Source: Callorhinchus milii (taxonomy: Eukaryota). Taken from it: DNA of 64,000 nucleotides. The position numbers were made by a program, and so were the translations under genes. Each line of letters begins with the position of its first letter. Positions within the stretch are counted from its first letter, which is position 1. Below the pieces are notes generated by a model. That model was not told the DNA's origin, searched no databases, and worked only from the letters and a program-made list of their open reading frames with translations. Positions 63,908-64,000 of the stretch are shown in pieces. Location of the stretch: NCBI RefSeq assembly GCF_018977255.1, contig NW_024704742.1, positions 4,962,001 to 5,026,000 of the forward strand, written 5' to 3'.

Positions 63908-64000
63908 CCGGCTAGAATGCAAGAAGTGTTGGCGTGGAATTATTAAACTGTACTCCAGGTGACAACTGCTATTTCTGTGCTTGCTCAAGATGTCTTCTGC
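63908..64000 (-). other. TDRD7: Candidate TDRD7 5'-UTR exon (3' part; may run past the window edge)
   Basis: Strong donor CGG|GTGAGTA at 63907; the TDRD7 ATG sits a few nt inside an exon with an acceptor, so an upstream non-coding exon is needed. Confidence 0.4.

Noticed and set aside
1..64000. CRISPR arrays, prokaryotic operons, U12-type introns
   Set aside because: Eukaryotic intron-exon DNA; no repeat-spacer arrays seen; all traced donors are ordinary U2-type GT sites

Overview
Vertebrate genomic DNA, most likely from a cartilaginous fish. The repeat mix (L2, CR1, tRNA-headed SINEs, Deu-type SINEs) suggests a chimaera or shark; this is an inference. Two spliced genes lie on the minus strand in the same order as in mammals. 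The first is a complete TDRD7 coding sequence: 16 coding exons traced by hand from ATG 60015 to TAA 20908, all GT-AG and phase-consistent, totalling 3453 nt or 1150 aa, with three LOTUS and three Tudor regions. Downstream is the 5' part of TMOD1 (tropomodulin-1), with coding exons at 4294-4419 and 863-1019; the gene runs off the left edge. A candidate TMOD1 first exon and a MEF2/E-box/CArG-like muscle module lie at about 11.5-12.3 kb. Introns are dense in truncated L2 and CR1 3' ends and SINEs. The most notable unannotated structures are: (1) a long, diverged inverted repeat pair (about 9.1-10.0 kb vs 13.2-14.2 kb) with hints of former coding capacity, bracketing the putative TMOD1 promoter; (2) an L2 insertion that split a SINE and carries a 331-bp copy of nearby intron DNA at its 5' junction, with a second similar patchwork at 21.5-23.1 kb; (3) a hammerhead-ribozyme-like core in a small repeat; (4) a 120-bp MITE. 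I found no convincing novel protein-coding system. Exon coordinates were read exactly; repeat boundaries are approximate.
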